A stretch of 63,459 nucleotides of DNA, filler included, from Bonamia ostreae (Eukaryota): assembly GCA_040357525.1 (NCBI GenBank). It is 35 parts of 35 records of this genome, joined end to end, with 100 filler letters (N's around TTAATTAATTAA, not from the genome) between each part and the next. Parts side by side here need not be neighbours in the genome. Positions count along the whole stretch, not along the records: positions 50,927 to 52,633 come from JBDODL010001420.1; positions 52,734 to 54,439 come from JBDODL010001421.1; positions 54,540 to 56,245 come from JBDODL010001422.1; positions 56,346 to 58,050 come from JBDODL010001423.1; positions 58,151 to 59,853 come from JBDODL010001424.1; positions 59,954 to 61,656 come from JBDODL010001425.1; positions 61,757 to 63,459 come from JBDODL010001426.1; 28 more parts are not named here. The stretch is one strand, 5' to 3'. This document shows, piece after piece, positions 50,827-62,855 of the stretch. A model generated the notes under the pieces. The model worked only from the letters and a program-made list of their open reading frames with translations. It searched no databases and was not told where the DNA came from. Positions within the stretch are counted from its first letter, which is position 1. Each line of letters opens with the position of its first letter. Made by a program: the position numbers and the translations under genes.

Positions 50827-53032
50827 NNNNNNNNNNNNNNNNNNNNNNNNNNNNNNNNNNNNNNNNNNNNTTAATTAATTAANNNNNNNNNNNNNNNNNN
50901 NNNNNNNNNNNNNNNNNNNNNNNNNNTTCGTTATCGTCATCCTTTCAAGTTTTGGACTTCTTCCACAGAGCCATTAATACCATTATCTATCAAACCCGAT
51001 GTGAAAAACTTTCAGTAATTTTACCAAGGGTGAATATACGAGTAACTGAATTAAAGTAACTTTGGCAAGAAAATACAGCTTATCAAAAGCAATCATAGAG
51101 CGTATTTTGTCCACTTAATGATGGTGATTTATTTTTTTATTGATGGATGTGTAATGATTTACATTCTAATGCTAGATGTACAATAATTTATTGTTTTCTT
51201 TCTAAATATTGAATGAATTGTTTTCTTTCTATACACTTAGTGGTTATTAGTGATTTTCTGTTCCTAGATCAGTAGTGGTATAGTCTTTACAGCAGGGTTG
51301 ATGGATTCACGTTATATTTCCATGTGAAGCGCCAAGTATCAATGAATGCATCGGCTGCTAAAGAAAATGAGTCTATACTTGGATGATGTAATAAAATCAG
51401 TTCCAAGACCTCGGCAACCTGACCACAGGCACTAATAAAATAATTAAAATAATGAATGATTATACATTTATTAGCGACTGGAAATTCTTAACTTATTGAA
51501 CAAAAGAAAACGTTAGCATCAAATCAACCATGTGGACGATTCTGTACATGATACGTATTGTTCATATGTCATAGTAATTATCATTCAGTACATAGAATGA
51601 TGGTCTCGCATTTTGCTTCTAATATATCTGGGAAATAAACAATGCAATGTTAAATGTTATGAATACTGATAACTAAATATATGCATTATGTAAAAGCTAT
51701 ACTTGTTCTACATAAGAATGGATGACATTAGATCATAGAAACTATATGTATTTTTGCGCTTTATAAATGAATGGAATAATAATGATTATAAAAATGATAA
51801 TATACTGTTTGGATGATAGTACATGTACCTGAATGTCATACATCCATTAATATATCATAGTCTGGCTGGTGATATTCACATAGATGTACACATTGGCATT
51901 TTTTGATTAAAATTTTAAGATCATACATTGTTGTAGTCTGCGGTTTCATTAATTTTCTTGGATATCATAGATATACAATAGACACGTTAATTCATTAGAA
52001 ACGAATGAAATTGGTTTTCAACAAATACTGGATCTTTCATTTTGCTTTATACTTGTCCAACAAGAGTATATACATATATTATTTTTATGTTGACATTTAT
52101 ATGGAAGGTCATATGTTGAAACACCCAGTAAAAGTTCATAAATATAATCTTCATGTCGTAAAACCATAACCATATACATGTATTAGCATTTTTTTTAGTT
52201 TGCTGTTGATAGTTAAGGTCATAAATTGACCCACACGATAAACTTCCACATCTGCTTCAGAAAGACATACACCAATATACTAGAAAGTGCAAACTATTAA
52301 CATTATGTCACTGTTGATATCCATCCACGCCTTACTACATGAATATATTAACTGGAAGTGACATTAAGTTAAGTTTATACGTAGGATGTCAACTTTGATT
52401 TATCAGTTCTGTACAACAATGTCACGCCAACCTTCTACTAAACGTCACATATATTCTTTGAATTTAAGCTACTGTTAAAATTAACTGTTATTTGTTGCGT
52501 CTCTGAGTATTTCGTCAGTGTGTGCGTGCTGATGAAATGGCGTTATCTCCCTTTCAATATTAAGTTCAGAAATAAAATACTTAGTAATATTCATGGTTGT
52601 ATCTAAAGTCATTTCATTTTTGCAACAACAACANNNNNNNNNNNNNNNNNNNNNNNNNNNNNNNNNNNNNNNNNNNNTTAATTAATTAANNNNNNNNNNN
52701 NNNNNNNNNNNNNNNNNNNNNNNNNNNNNNNNNTGGTCCCCGTCCCACCACTGATAACGACGGTGTGGTGGGAGTGGAACCAGGGAAATTAAAGCCGTCA
52801 ATTAAAATCAAAATTCAAACCTATTTAAACAATTCTTTTTGGAACGAGCTTGAATGATTTCATCTAAAATATTTAACGCAAAATATTAGTGGGATATGTG
52901 ATCACATCGAGGTTATTGTTTCCACATAAGTACAAAAATGGATATGAAACAAGGTCGATTAAACTGGCTACCTAATCTGCATCTTTAATTTCGGCTCCAA
53001 AACGCAGTCAGTGAATGACATGTGCATAGCCA

Positions 53033-53392
53033 TCATGGGAAAGCATGTATTGCTAAAGTGAGGACCCACTCTACACAATGGTGCAACGATTCTCCCATAT
53101 TTTGGGAAGCTGACTGAAAATTCATCCGGTGCGTAAAGTCCAGCACTGAGGACTCACAGCTTTTTTCAAAACATCTTAAGATCCCAGAAAGTGAGAGGTT
53201 ATCATCCCTTTCCAACAACATGTAATCGTTGCTTGCAGCGCCCTCTAAGGAGAAGAAGTGGTCGCGCTGATCGAACTCTGGCAATTGTTGACTGCGAGCT
53301 AGCCGAACAATCTTGCGCAAGAAGGATTTCCAACTAGACTTCCCATCATACCACATATCCGTGTACCTAGATGCATTTCTACCCGTGCTCAT
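53033..53392 (-). mobile_element. Ty3/gypsy-like gag relic in a host contig
   Basis: YDGKSSWKSFLRK...SLEGAA...F....Q..GESL is a retrotransposon capsid-like pattern, and it is degenerate. Confidence 0.55.
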
Positions 53393-54584
53393 CCCTCAAT
53401 AGTACTGGGGGACCGGGAAGGGGGTGTGGGACATTGGGACTAGCCCTTACGTGGAATACTATAATACCCAGAGAATAGCGTGTTTCTTGTTCACATTAGC
53501 TACCCTACCGAAAAAAAACTGTCAACTTAATATGAAAATAAATTACAATTTTTCAAATAAAGTCAGAACGAAAAAATGGTGCACACACCCGTATGTTTAC
53601 ATTGTGGGGGTGTTGCGAAAATGCAGAACGGAAAGCGGAACAGAAATTTAGAAATTAGAATGATTCATGAAGGTGACATAACACCATAAATCGAGCAAAA
53701 ATGCTTTATGTTGAACAAAAAAATGAAAATTTTAGGAATTTGTTTATAAGCAGTAAATCAATTTTAACTTAAAATACTGCACCATAAATTGATTAAGTTG
53801 AATATTTCTATAAAGGTTCCCAACGCGTTTTACATGAATATTGTAATTTCTAAATTGGCAGACGTGTCTGCGAAAGATCACACGGTTTATATGCACGTTG
53901 TGTGTCAAAACGACTTTAACCCATGTATTAACATATAATACAGTGTATACTTCTATTATTCATAGACGTTATGAAAAACATATTGAGCATTCAGTAATAT
54001 TGTCGTACAGAGAGTACGGTGTGTAAAAAAACCAACGATAATTCATGATCTGTTGAGTCAACACGCTGAACATCTTTAAAACGCTGTGAATACCTTTAGA
54101 AACAAGGAAAATATATGTTTTCTTGATTGGAAGATTACTTTTTGTCGGTACCATAAAAAAACAGCATTTGCTTTTTAATACCACCAGTCTCGCATTCATA
54201 TAATTTTTAACTTGAAATTATTATAATTGAAACCAACCAGTCAATGAGAACCTGCTTAACATTTACTTTAATTTATCACATATCCCTTTACTCCCTCTGT
54301 GCATAATTAATGCAGATTAATGTCAAAGTCGAAAGTTAATTAGCACCAACATGTATGAAGAAAATCTCCGTAAAACAATCTCTCAAAACAACATGCAGTA
54401 GAAATTTCAGCCCAACTAAGGATAAAGAATACAAAATTGNNNNNNNNNNNNNNNNNNNNNNNNNNNNNNNNNNNNNNNNNNNNTTAATTAATTAANNNNN
54501 NNNNNNNNNNNNNNNNNNNNNNNNNNNNNNNNNNNNNNNTTTTGATTTTTTACAATAAAATCAAATCCAAATAACAATAAATAG

Positions 54585-56245
54585 TGTGCAAACTATCAAC
54601 AGATTACTTTGATTTCGCTTTGCAGGCTTGGGTGCGCCTTGCGAGAGTTCTGAAAGCCGACTACAGCCAATATCTCAAAAAGTTGATGCCGCTGATTTTC
54701 CGAGAATGCAACGAAGAAAGCGCGCAAGGCCGCGACGCTCTCGAATCCGATAGCGGCGACGAATACAATCCCTCCGGAAACGTCGCCGAACTCGAATCTG
54801 CTCTAAGCGCGTTGGCCAATGTTCCCCGTGATGTCGGCGTCGGCTTTTACCCCTTTTTGGGCGACGCCGTTGCTGTTCTGAATGACAAAATCGATTATTG
54901 GGGAGAAGAAAGCGTTCGTGTTTACGCCGCGAGAGCTTATTCGGCTTTGTTTTCTGTTGTTTGTTTGGCGCTGAAATCTAATCGTTTTGATTGTACATCG
55001 CAAAAAAATCAAAATTTGAAATTTAGAACAACGAAGCAAACGAGAGTGATTAGATGGCAATCTGTCTAATCTAATATTGCTTCGAAAACAAAAACCGCTT
55101 AAATTGCGGGACATTTTCAAATTTATAAATCAAAAACTGAGCAAATTAATGACTCTTAAAATAAAAGTTGTGAAAGCGAATGAAGCGCTGCATTGTCTAT
55201 CGGAGTTTATACAAAAACTAGTTTAACAATTCCTAATATAACTTTAAAGCTTTCTGTTTTTAAAGATGAATCTGATTTCGCAGTAAAAAAGTCTATTCTT
55301 ACCACAATCAGCTCTGTTTTTAACTTTACTTTCTACAAAAGCTCAACGATAAACAATAAATTTAACATTTATAAAAAGCTATTAGAAGAAAGTCCGGAAA
55401 TGGGACTAGCATATTTGAGTCAGAACGACAATGACAAAAATATTCTAAACACAATGTTTGGATTGATCAAGATTTCGGCACAGACTTCGTTTAAAATAGA
55501 CGAAAACCTCAAAAACGAAGAGAACGACGCAGAAGAAATTTCCAGATATGAAGCAATCAGAGAACTGGAGACTGAAAACGTTTACAAAACCGCTGAAGTT
55601 TTTTCTACGGTCCTTAAAGTGATGGGCGATCAAGCCGTTCCCACCTTTTCTGCTTTTCTGGATCAGATTATTAATTCTCTCGTTTTCAACCTTTTTTGAT
55701 TTTAAAAATTTTGCTGCAAAAAAAATTTATTTCGAAATTTCTACAAAAATTATTTAAAAAATTTTGCTACAAAAAAAATTTATTTCGAAATTTCTACAAA
55801 AATTATTTAATCAATTTTTTCAATTTAACAAGACTAAAGAAGACACAGAACAAATAGTAAAAAAAGCGATGTTGTTAATAATAACAGACGCTGTTCTTTA
55901 TATACCAAACGTTTGTAAACAACATTAAATAGACAATGCAAAAATACGCCGAATTTCTGTTTAAGCTCTATATAAACTTGTTAGAAACTGCTGATATGGA
56001 CATTAAACAAACGAGCATTTACGGACTAGGAATTTTGGCCGAAAAATGTAACGCCGTTGTGCGTGGAAAGGCCCTAAATTTGCTCAAGATTTGCACTAAT
56101 TTGTACACTTCTCTAAAAACCAAAGAAGAGGAAAACGCTTCGATGTTGCGTGAAAACGCCGCTTCGGCTTACGGAAGAATAACGTTCGCTTGTTCCAAAG
56201 AAATTAATCTGAACGACAGTTTTCCAGCGTGGCTGAAAATGCTTC
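54585..56245 (+). CDS. Importin-beta family HEAT protein (importin-5/Kap121-like), internal fragment; introns 54984-55167, 55221-55249, 55316-55378, 55682-55832, 55911-55932
   Basis: LQAWVRLARVLKADYSQYLKKLMPLI, ESVRVYAA, IKQTSIYGLGILA, RENAASAYGRI and WLKML(P) are importin-5/4 motifs. Confidence 0.85.
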
Positions 56246-56411
56246 NNNNNNNNNNNNNNNNNNNNNNNNNNNNNNNNNNNNNNNNNNNNTTAATTAATTA
56301 ANNNNNNNNNNNNNNNNNNNNNNNNNNNNNNNNNNNNNNNNNNNNTCAAAATACCCACAAAATTGAAAAGAATTTAATAGATGACTAAAAAATTTGAAAA
56401 ATGTCGATAAT

Positions 56412-56989
56412 TTACATTTTAAAAATTTGCTCTTTGAGGTTGCTAATAGCTTGTCCAATGGTTTGCTCTATAAAGACGTTGTCTTGAAAACTGGCGTCCA
56501 TTCTTACTCTTTCTACAACTAGATCAGCTTCAGTTTCTGAAATAATCCTAATTTTTTTGCAAATTTGCAATTTTCCAATTTTGTTATTAATTTTTAAAAC
56601 CCGTCAAAAACGATTTCGTTTATCGCTAAAAACAAAATGCTCAAGTTTTCGAGGACCGAGTCTAACGATATCGGTTTTTTGTAGAGCGCCTCTAACGATT
56701 TTTCCAAAACAGCAAAAATCGATGCCATTAATATCTCGTTCGCGTCGATATCGCACAACATGCAAATATAAAGTCCGTCGTACCGCTTGTGCAATAGCAG
56801 TTCTTCCGAATTTAGGATGAACGGTTCTACTTCAGATAAAGAGGCGTTTTTAAAAGCTTTCTGATATATTTGGTCTTCAAATTGCGATTTGTTCGTTATC
56901 TTTGTTTTGGTCTTTGGCGAATGTTTGCTATAAATTCTTGCGCCCTTATCCGAGAGCACTATAATCGATTTTATCTCGAGTTTATCCAT
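56412..56989 (-). CDS. COPZ: Coatomer zeta subunit; intron 56548-56600
   Basis: IKSIIVLSDKGARIYSK, ANEILMAS, VLENL...INEIVFDG|IISET and EQTIGQAI match zeta-COP. Confidence 0.9.
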
Positions 56990-57092
56990 TTTTACGTATT
57001 TCAGAGACTTTTCTATATTGGAAATGTTAAAAATTTAGAAATTTGGCTAAATTTAAATTATATTTAGTTCATCGTCGTTCAGTGCTTTCTAA

Positions 57093-57916
57093 ATGAGAAT
57101 TGAGGTTTCCGCAACTGGTAAAGTCTTAATTGCAGGCGGATATATTGTGCTAGAAAAAGAGTTTAAAGGGATTGTTCTCCCATTAACCGCAAAATTTCAT
57201 GCAACGTTTTCCCGAAATTTTGTCAATTTTTTTTATTGTAAACCAATATTTTGATCAATTTTTATTAAATCGGAATTAAATCGCAAATTTGTTAAAATTG
57301 CTGTTTATTGTACAAAAAGAATCGAAAATAAGACAAATTTCGAATATAATTCAACCGAAAACAACAACGAAAAATTGATATTTATAGAAACACCACAAAT
57401 CGAATTCAAAAAATATATTTACTCTTATAAAAGAAATTCCGTTTCAACAGAGCTCATTCTGATTAAAAATGATAGAACAGAAAAAAACAAATTTATAGAT
57501 AGCGCACTCAATTTTTCTTTCAAACTTTTGAACGAGTTGATTAGACAACAAAAAATATTAAATTTCGATGAAATGTTGAATCATATAAAGATAACACTGT
57601 TTGGCGACCAAGAATTTTATACAAAAACAGTAATTTATTAAAATTTCAAAAGAAAGGAAAGACAGGGCTCGGAAGCTCAGCTGCTTTGACTGCTTCTCTG
57701 GTTTCAGCCTTTATCTTGTTTTTTGTAAAAATTGCCAAAATCAAAATTGACGGCAAAAAGTTAAAGCGATTTTGCTGTTTAGTCGCAATTTTTGCACATT
57801 CAAAAGCTCAAGGCAAAATTGGAAGCGGTTTTGATATCGTTTCCTGTTTTTACGGAGCACTTTTCTACCAAAAATTGAACGAAAATTTTACTGAAAATTT
57901 GAGTTCTTTTGATTTG
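57093..57916 (+). CDS. ERG8: Phosphomevalonate kinase, ERG8/GHMP type, 5' part; introns 57206-57319, 57630-57652
   Basis: SATGKVLIAGGYIVLE, KTGLGSSAALTASLV and AHSKAQGKIGSGFDI. Confidence 0.92.
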
Positions 57917-58769
57917 GTTTATTTTTGAACAAATTTCCGATTTTTTAAAGCTTTATTATTAGTTAAACATTTAATCAAATCTCCCCATTTTATTAAAAAT
58001 ATTTTCCACCAAAAATAATATTTATTATAATTGTTGAGCTTAAATTTTTTNNNNNNNNNNNNNNNNNNNNNNNNNNNNNNNNNNNNNNNNNNNNTTAATT
58101 AATTAANNNNNNNNNNNNNNNNNNNNNNNNNNNNNNNNNNNNNNNNNNNNCCCAATCGTCGTGAGTCCTATATTCTTTCTTCTAGATTCATTCTTTTTTA
58201 ACTGTTCACAACACTTTATATTAAAGAACATTAGACTTGTGGTATTTTGACGACCACTTTATGCTGTTTGTCGTTCATTTTTGGAAAACTTACTATCTCT
58301 GTCAATCCCATTTAAGATTATGGGAGTTTGAATAACAATGATCATTTTTAAATGTAATGTTGTTTAATGAAATAAGTACATGTCCTCTAAAACTAAGAAT
58401 GGTTTGTAAAAAAAAAATGAGAATATGTATCGAGATAGGTACTAATTGAAAATTCCTTATTTCACATGCAAGAAAAACATCATATCCGTGTTTGTTTTAG
58501 AGGTTCGCTCCCGCGTTTTGTAGTATTGTCAAATTTTTCAGAAGTATATTATTGAATTTTCCATTTGAAGGAGAATTATGAGTTCCATGAGAAAATATGT
58601 TGTCATAGCGCTTGTTATTGAGTTATAGTGTGTTGAACATGACATTTTTGTACCTAAAAGTTACTAACGAGTTATTCACATCAACCCAATTTGCCTGTTG
58701 ATGTCAACACAGCATAAGCAGAAATTGATAAATAGCATACCTTTTTTAATAATTACACATAAATCACAA

Positions 58770-59025
58770 AGCTGGTTGGTTGTATATTGTTTAACGGTCC
58801 ACCCGAGAACTTTTCACCCATATGGAAACATCATTATTGCTGATGAAGGGCATCAACATTTAGGCCTATGCTCAGCGCTAAAGGTCTTTGAGCCGGGAGG
58901 NNNNNNNNNNCTTTATTCTGACACGGGACTCGGTTTTTGGGGTTTCATGCCAACGATCTCCTCATTTAATCCCCTCTTACGATAAGCAAGGGGTACTGCA
59001 GAAATATTTTAACCCGGATCCCCAC
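58770..59025. repeat. Host SINE-like interspersed repeat
   Basis: ggttggttgtatattgtttaacg...tttaggcctatgctc...gacacgggactcggtttt...aacccggatcccca resembles a common oyster SINE-like element (from recall, not searched). Confidence 0.6.
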
Positions 59026-60229
59026 CGTTATAAATCACTAGGTCTTGCCTTAAAATATATGATGGTGTTAAGAAAGTAATGGTTTTTATGGATCAGAGTT
59101 TTTAAATTATTGACAAACATGCTGTATTTTTATACAAAATTTTAGGTAAATCAATACATGTTACAAGAATCAGCGTTCTCTTTGCAATAAATTAAACATA
59201 TTTACCGAATAGATGAATTTACAATAATGGGTAACATAGAAGTGATATTTGAATTGAATCGAAAATTCGTCTCATTACTAATCTATATAATAGAAATATT
59301 CTCCTCTATTTAAGGTGGCAGTGCCGTGGTCACTCAATTTCTGCTGTTTGAGAAAATAAATCAAACACATGGTATGTTCAAGTTCCTAACTTTACAAGGC
59401 CATGGATTATCATGTACCAAACCCCACACCCCCTGGATATCTGTGTAACTGAAAGTTAAAATAATGTAAGTGATATCATAACGTTCACGAACAATTTCAG
59501 TACACATATATAATTTTTAAATACAATGGTATGCATTAAAGATGCTTTACCACGAGAAATATAGTGAGAGACATGTTCTTTCCATTGTCTACCCATAGGT
59601 GTCGCTGCTATTAAATCACACTTACAATATTCTTGTAAACGCTTTGTAAAATGTTAAACAATAATTGAACTTAGCTAAATCAATTGAATGATCAAGAATT
59701 TAAAATGTGTTATTGCTTGTAAAGAAATTCCAGAAATTTTCGTTATAACCAACATAAAGCGTATTTGAAAGGTTTTGATATCTTACCTACATAAACCGTG
59801 AAGATAACGACCAGTCATCAATCAACTCATGCTATATAACTAATACAAATTACNNNNNNNNNNNNNNNNNNNNNNNNNNNNNNNNNNNNNNNNNNNNTTA
59901 ATTAATTAANNNNNNNNNNNNNNNNNNNNNNNNNNNNNNNNNNNNNNNNNNNNTATATTATCATGTAAACCTTTCAAAATCAAATCTACCATACTCTCTG
60001 CTGCTACTACCTGTTGACCTACTTCTACAAATATTTCTTATCGTATCTATGGAATTTTCAGCGAGGCTGCTTAAAAATTACATGTGTCCCTGATACGATT
60101 TAATCCAATGCATTATCTTCATATTCAAGATGTTTTACATTTTACCGCTGCACCACAGGAGAGAATGACAATCATAAGAATGTAGTAGTGTTTAATGAAA
60201 ATTGGTAGAGTATTTCGTTATATTGCGAC

Positions 60230-61545
60230 TTAGTATCTCGTTATATCGAGTCAGTATCTCACTATAACGAGTTTATGATCTCGTTATAACGAGTTTTTGT
60301 CTCGGTCTTACGGTCATTATATCGAGATTATTATTTCGTATAACAAGATTATAACAAATGAGTCAAATATCTCGTCATAACGACATAGCTAAATCGCTAT
60401 AACGAGAGACGTAACTTGTCATAACGAGATAACTTACGGATACAATTCAGGGTCTTATCTTCTACGTCCCGTTGAGAGGTCACCAGCTGTGGGTTGTTCC
60501 CGAAATTCAAGATTAGTTCTAAAACAAGTTGTAACTATGGTGCAATTACACATACTTAAACAAATTCATTAGTAAAATAAATCAAATATTTTTTCTTGAT
60601 TGATTTGCAGTTCTCAACATCTTACCATGTCAAATTTATCGACAAATCCGTCTCCATAATAATTTTAATTGCTTTTAAAAATAAAAATATGTTGTGAAAA
60701 ACTTCATCAACATGTATCGATTCACAGAAAATCTAATATGTGAATAAAGTCGATGGTTTACTTGAATAAATGGTCTTTTTCCGTGATGTTCTAACAAGAG
60801 CAATAAAACCAGGCTGCTGTGGGCTTGGTCGGCTCACTTTCCATTTAACGAATATTTTAAATGAAGCGTATTTAGTAATAATGTTCTGTGTCTGACAGAT
60901 GTCTGTCTGCTATTTTGTTTTATAATGATTATATCATTTATTGGGGAATTCACATCAGACTCTGCATCTAGCCGTGTTGATTTGTCGCTCATATATCGAT
61001 TCACCTGTCATTTTGACAATCCGATGTCGCAAATTCGACTACATAAAGTTATTAAACCAATAAGTAAAAATTATATTTATCATTTAAAATGATAAAAAAT
61101 AATTAAAATAATATACATTTTTCTTGGCAACGCAAACTCAATCCTTTTGATACATAAAATGCTAGTATATCGTTACTTATTCATTTGTTTGATGTAAGAT
61201 ATGAACATTTTCTCGTCATCTTTAACGTTTCCATAGATACCAACTCTTTATAACGACATAACTAACTCGTTATCACGAAATAGTACATGTAACTCGTTAA
61301 AGCGAGATGACTAACTAGTTATAAAGTGATAACTAACTCGTTATAAAGAGGTGATTAACTCGTTATCATGAGATACATGTAGGTAATTGTTAACTAACGA
61401 GATCATGAACTCGTTGAAACAAGATGACTAACTCTTTATAACGAAGTGATTAATTTGATATAACCAGATACTAACTCGTAATACCGAATTAGTTAACACG
61501 TTGTAACGAAATAACCCAGTCGTTTTAACGAGAGGATTATCTTTT
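60230..61545. repeat. Two clusters (about 60230-60430 and 61245-61545) of degenerate palindromic CTCGTTATAACGAG units at about 21-25 bp spacing
   Basis: Repeated ctcgttat(a)acgag variants separated by short AT-rich linkers. Confidence 0.75.
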
Positions 61546-61817
61546 CTTATTTTTAGCCTATACGAATTTCGTGAATAAAAATAGTGAAAAATTTTTTTTA
61601 CTAGTAGAAAATATCTTAAAATAAAGTTTGTCAAACAAGTCGTTATCACATACTAANNNNNNNNNNNNNNNNNNNNNNNNNNNNNNNNNNNNNNNNNNNN
61701 TTAATTAATTAANNNNNNNNNNNNNNNNNNNNNNNNNNNNNNNNNNNNNNNNNNNNAATATTTTTGCAGTTTTTTGATAGAAATAGTTTTCTAACAACAA
61801 ATTAAAAAAATTTAATT

Positions 61818-62855
61818 TTATCCAAATTTGTTCGAATGCGCAATAAAACTTATGAAGACGACCCAAGTCAAAGTCATCATACTAGCGACTGGAGCCTTTT
61901 TAATTTATCAAAGTAAAATTTTGTTTTCAGTAAATTTGATATTTTATAAAAGTTACTTGCAGAGGAACTGGGCAATATTTAAAATTGAAAAATTGAAAAA
62001 TCGGCATTACCAGAAAATCCACTGCGGACGTCAAAATGAATTTTCGGCCGGTTTCTTTCAGTGAAAAAGAACGGCCCTCCAGTCGATTTATCAAAACCAA
62101 AAACATAAACAACGAAAGCGGATCCATAAAAAGTTGGTCCACTGCAATTTGCCACAAAAGTTTTTTTGTTTGGTGTCTCGGAAATTTGTTTAAACTTATT
62201 TTGTGTAAAAAGGGGAACCACCTTTTTATTCATTTTTGTTTATTAAAAAATTTATTATTTTGTTTTTTGTTTTATTAAAATTTATTTTTTTCGTTTTTCG
62301 TTTTTATTAAATTTATTTTTTTCGTTTTTTTAAATTTATTTTTTTCGTTTTTTGTTTTTTTTTTAAATTATTTTATCGTTTTTTTATATTTTTTTTGTTT
62401 TTCGTTTTATTGAAATTTATTTTTTTTCTTTTTTGTTATTAAAATTTATTTTTTTCGTTTTTATTAAAATTTATTTTTTCGTTATTTGTTCTTATTAAAA
62501 AAATTATTTTTTCGTTTTTTTATTAAAATTTATTTTTCGTTTTTATTAAATTTATTATTTTGTTTTTATTAAATTAATTTTTTCGTTTTGTAGTAAAACC
62601 ATCCGGTTAAAGGTCCAGTAATACAGAAACCATAAAAAGCCATTGACATAATCCTTCTTTGGTCAATTCCATTATTTTCGATTTTCTGTGAAATATAATC
62701 ACCCAAAATATACAACGATCCCTAAATTTAAAAAAATTTAACCCCAAAAACTAAATTAGTTCGAATTGGATATTTGTCAAATTGATTTCTTATAAACCGA
62801 CCTTTTTTGATTAAACAATCTTTTGACCATTTAATTAAAATTCTAGTTATAAGTT
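61818..62855 (-). CDS. Mpv17/PMP22 family membrane protein, 4 exons; introns 62722-62742, 62222-62599 and about 61896-61956
   Basis: KYPIRTNLVFGGSLYILGDYISQ, DQRRIMSMAFYG...GP, IAVDQLFMDP, LEG and QFFNFKYCP...TWVVFISF. Confidence 0.88.

Noticed and set aside
50623-50874. ORF of repeated LLLKEQNF units
   Set aside because: It is a translation of a 27-bp minisatellite running into the N spacer.
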